Shown here piece after piece: positions 61,121 to 64,000 of a stretch of 64,000 nucleotides of DNA; within the stretch, counting starts at the first letter, position 1, and the number at the start of each line of letters is the position of its first letter. Origin of the DNA: Tubulanus polymorphus (lineage: Eukaryota; Animalia; Nemertea). The position numbers were made by a program, and so were the translations under genes. The stretch spans positions 61,001 to 125,000 of the forward strand of contig NW_027437442.1 of the NCBI RefSeq assembly GCF_964204645.1. The letters run 5' to 3'. Below the pieces are notes generated by a model that was given only the letters and a program-made list of their open reading frames with translations, was not told where the DNA came from and made no database searches.

Positions 61121-61579
61121 TGATCCTATTGTCACTCTGTTAAGGAAATTCAGCCATGTAGGGTGAATTTCATGTAGGAAAATAAAGTTGATACTATATT
61201 GTACTCTGTCTATTTTCGTCTCTTTAGGTAAGATTTATATTTATTTATGCATTGTATTCTAAGAGTTAATGTTGCTAGACCGTGCTCTTATGGTAAAAGT
61301 ATTTATATGACTGAAACTGGACCATTCTTCAGAATAGATGTTTGGTCGGTGAGTATTTTAATATGGAATATTATGGTTATGGAAATTAATTGATTTTGCA
61401 TGTCTGTTGCGTATGATAATGAATTAAATTAAATTAATGAATCAAATGTGTTTATACAAGAAAACTATTGTAAGTATTGATCCTATGGTCACTCGGTTAA
61501 GGAAATTCAGCCATGTAGGGTGAATTTCATGTAGGAAAATAAAGTTGATACTATATTGTACTCTGTCTATTTTCGTCTC
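61121..61579. repeat. 102-bp direct repeat pair (61121-61222 and 61478-61579)
   Basis: Near-identical tgatcctat...tattttcgtctc copies. Confidence 0.85.
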
Positions 61580-63309
61580 CCCGGATCGGTGATATAGATC
61601 GGTGGTCAGTTCGACCGTAACGAGGAGAGATTGGAGACTGGTTAGCCTTGTTAACGCAGCACGGCTACTCGAGATAGTGGAATGGCACACCTGGGAATCC
61701 TGTCGTTTTGATTCGCGTTTCGAATTACGCAGTTCGGGAAGAAAATAAATATATATATATATAAAAAATCCACACTGAGAGTTTACGTGTAATTTACTCG
61801 GAGGAAAATACCGCTCTGCGACATATATAACTTTCAAAGTCTTTTTAGTAATAATGTGACCGATAATAACTTAAATGAAAATCTATGATAAAGTTAACTT
61901 CATTCAAAGAAACTTATTTCACTGTATGAAAAACGCGCGTATTCATAACGCGCGCATCAATATGAGCCTATGCCACTCTGTCACTGTAGTGTGTGCAGTG
62001 TGAGATACTAGTGATCTGCCAGCGCACGCTTGCCTCGCGTAGTATGGCTAGACGCCAACAGCTGCCACGCAATACGTCTGCAGTAAATGAATAAGCACAC
62101 GCCACACTGTCATACAACTCGGTGATAATTTCGGTCTGACTGTAAAAATTTCAAGGACATTGTCTGCCAACCTTTCGAAGTTAAAGACTCCCACTGATTT
62201 TCCCAGCAAAAAACGAGGAATTTAAGACTGCTACGGTACCGACCCTTGGTGCAAGGTGCCCGTTCACACCCGAGTGATGTAGTCATCCGCATATTAACTC
62301 ACCTTGTAAAATAAATCTATCCGAATGAATTATTAGTAAAATATTATTCAAAAATCTTTTCAATATCAACTTCTATCACCATTCAACCCAATTTAATCTG
62401 AAATAATCTTGAATACAAATTGCCGGATCTATTTTTGCAGCGGATTTAAACCCATTTATCGGATCTTTCGATAATTCAATGACTGTAAAAATGGTGTGCT
62501 TTGGTTCGCGGTAAACATACACAACACGATACCGACACGCTCGTAATAGCTCTCTCGTTCCTCGAGAGCTAAAAATGAAATTGTACATAGTAGGCTTAGT
62601 TAAGTTTGATTAACTTGACCACGGGGATACTTGTCGAAATATTTTCGTGAACCCTTAAAATATTTGACGATTCCACAAAATGTTGCTAATGATCCGTCGA
62701 TTTAATGAGAATTTTGAAAAATGAAAGATTTGTTTAATTCCATTCACAATCCAAAACATCCAATATAACCTTCCGGTTATTTATTTAAAGGTAACTTACC
62801 AATCCATTTGTAAATGTATGATGTTTCAATTGAAAGGAAGTTAAGATCTTGTTTTACTGGCTGAGACATCAAGCTAAACAAACATTATCAATAGAATTAA
62901 AAATGTATGAACAATGAGAACAATGAATCGTGGTTGAATAATTCATTCATCAGTGAAATAAAGTACACTTAATTGAAATTACTGGTTGTCTAAATTTTTT
63001 GTCGTGCAGTTGAAGGGAAAACCAGATTTGCAGAATATTTGTGCCAGAATCGAATGAGTTTGTGAATGTTCATTATCAAAAACAATGGACCCGCGCCACT
63101 CAAGGCTCATGCTATTTCTTACTTTGTTTTCTTCTATCGCTTCCTTTACTGAATAAATTAATTGAATTCGACTTACTTTTTAGTGCTCGCAGTCGCACAA
63201 ACTGCAGCCGTACGAATAGGCTAGTGTGCTCAACTCTATTTCAGCACATATCATCACACAATCATAACGTGTCTCCTATCGTTGATATGATTGTCAAAAT
63301 TAGCAGGTC

Positions 63310-63847
63310 ACCTGTGTCATGTCCATAATGTGGAAATAAACAGGGATTTATTTGATTCCCGTCGGTCTCGCCAAAATCAATTATATAGGAAGCTTCTTCA
63401 AAGTTCTCTAATTCTGATCCTAATAGTGTGCTCATGGGAACTGACCTTTCTGAATTGATTCAACTGTTAGAACTGTATCAACCGTCGTTAGTTCCATTAT
63501 TTCAAGAGTTTCAAGCGTCACCTGTCGTTCCTTTAACATGTCCACTGAAATATCAAAACCTTTTGAAAGCTGTAAGTAAAGCGTCTCCTGTGTGTGCTTT
63601 TGTACCACACAATTGCAAATTGCACGAAGTTTTCATCGATATATCGTCGCAGAAGAAAAACATTGATAACTTAGCAGTTGTACAGCAATATTCTCCGGTA
63701 TCGTTCGGTTTTGTTTCTATGATCGGTAGCTTACCAGTATTCATACAGCCTGTATTTCAGGAGTTGGTCCGAATTTCGCAAAATACATTCCCAAGTGATT
63801 CGCACGGTATTCAGCTAGTTTATAGTTATATTTTAATATTAAAGTGA
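63310..63847 (+). pseudogene. Possible KDZ/CxC-type transposase fragment
   Basis: SCP*CG followed by the ORF 63428-63847 containing CP..YQNLL...SPVC; weak recognition only. Confidence 0.3.
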
Positions 63848-64000
63848 CTCCTCCTGAATTGCAAATCTGCCTTAACTTATTAACAGTTGTTGCGCCATTA
63901 ATCGGACACAGAAGCCCGGTATTGTGTGTTATAATATATAAATTAAATTAAGTTACTCTGAGAGTTTTAGGATTTCAAAAGCGTTGTTTCATATAAAGAT

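Overview
AT-rich genomic DNA from an invertebrate animal. The phylum cannot be fixed from sequence alone, but GT-AG introns, a clan-3 cytochrome P450 and mollusc/annelid-style Helentron repeats point to a lophotrochozoan. Two host genes are present: exons 1-8 of a CYP3-clan P450 (minus strand, 7786-3064, continuing off the left edge) and an intronless rhodopsin-family GPCR (16955-17932). Most of the rest is nested mobile DNA. The centrepiece is a complete 22.6-kb Maverick/Polinton-like endogenous virus (30652-53296) with AGT...ACT termini and a perfect GTGAGC 6-bp TSD. It encodes pPolB with zinc fingers and an EndoVII-like domain, an rve integrase, a packaging ATPase, probable major and minor capsid proteins, an HNH nuclease and a run of small membrane proteins; no protease was recognised. 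It sits inside ORF1 of a full-length CR1/L2-group LINE, which sits inside an EnSpm/CACTA transposase, which abuts an older copy of the same virus family (18727 to about 28200). A third copy (1-2095) lies in the P450 intron. Three signals stand out. (i) 13 of 16 viral genes start with TAAATG, mostly behind T- or A-tracts, and the left terminal palindrome carries repeated AAAAAATGAAAAATA. This is poxvirus-type late, intermediate and early promoter grammar in an element with no RNA polymerase, suggesting a virophage-like satellite of a cytoplasmic large DNA virus. (ii) Each viral end is its own AGT...ACT-bounded fold-back unit. (iii) The same 27-bp GC-rich palindrome occurs in frame in two unrelated viral genes. 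Protein assignments come from recognised motifs, not database searches.
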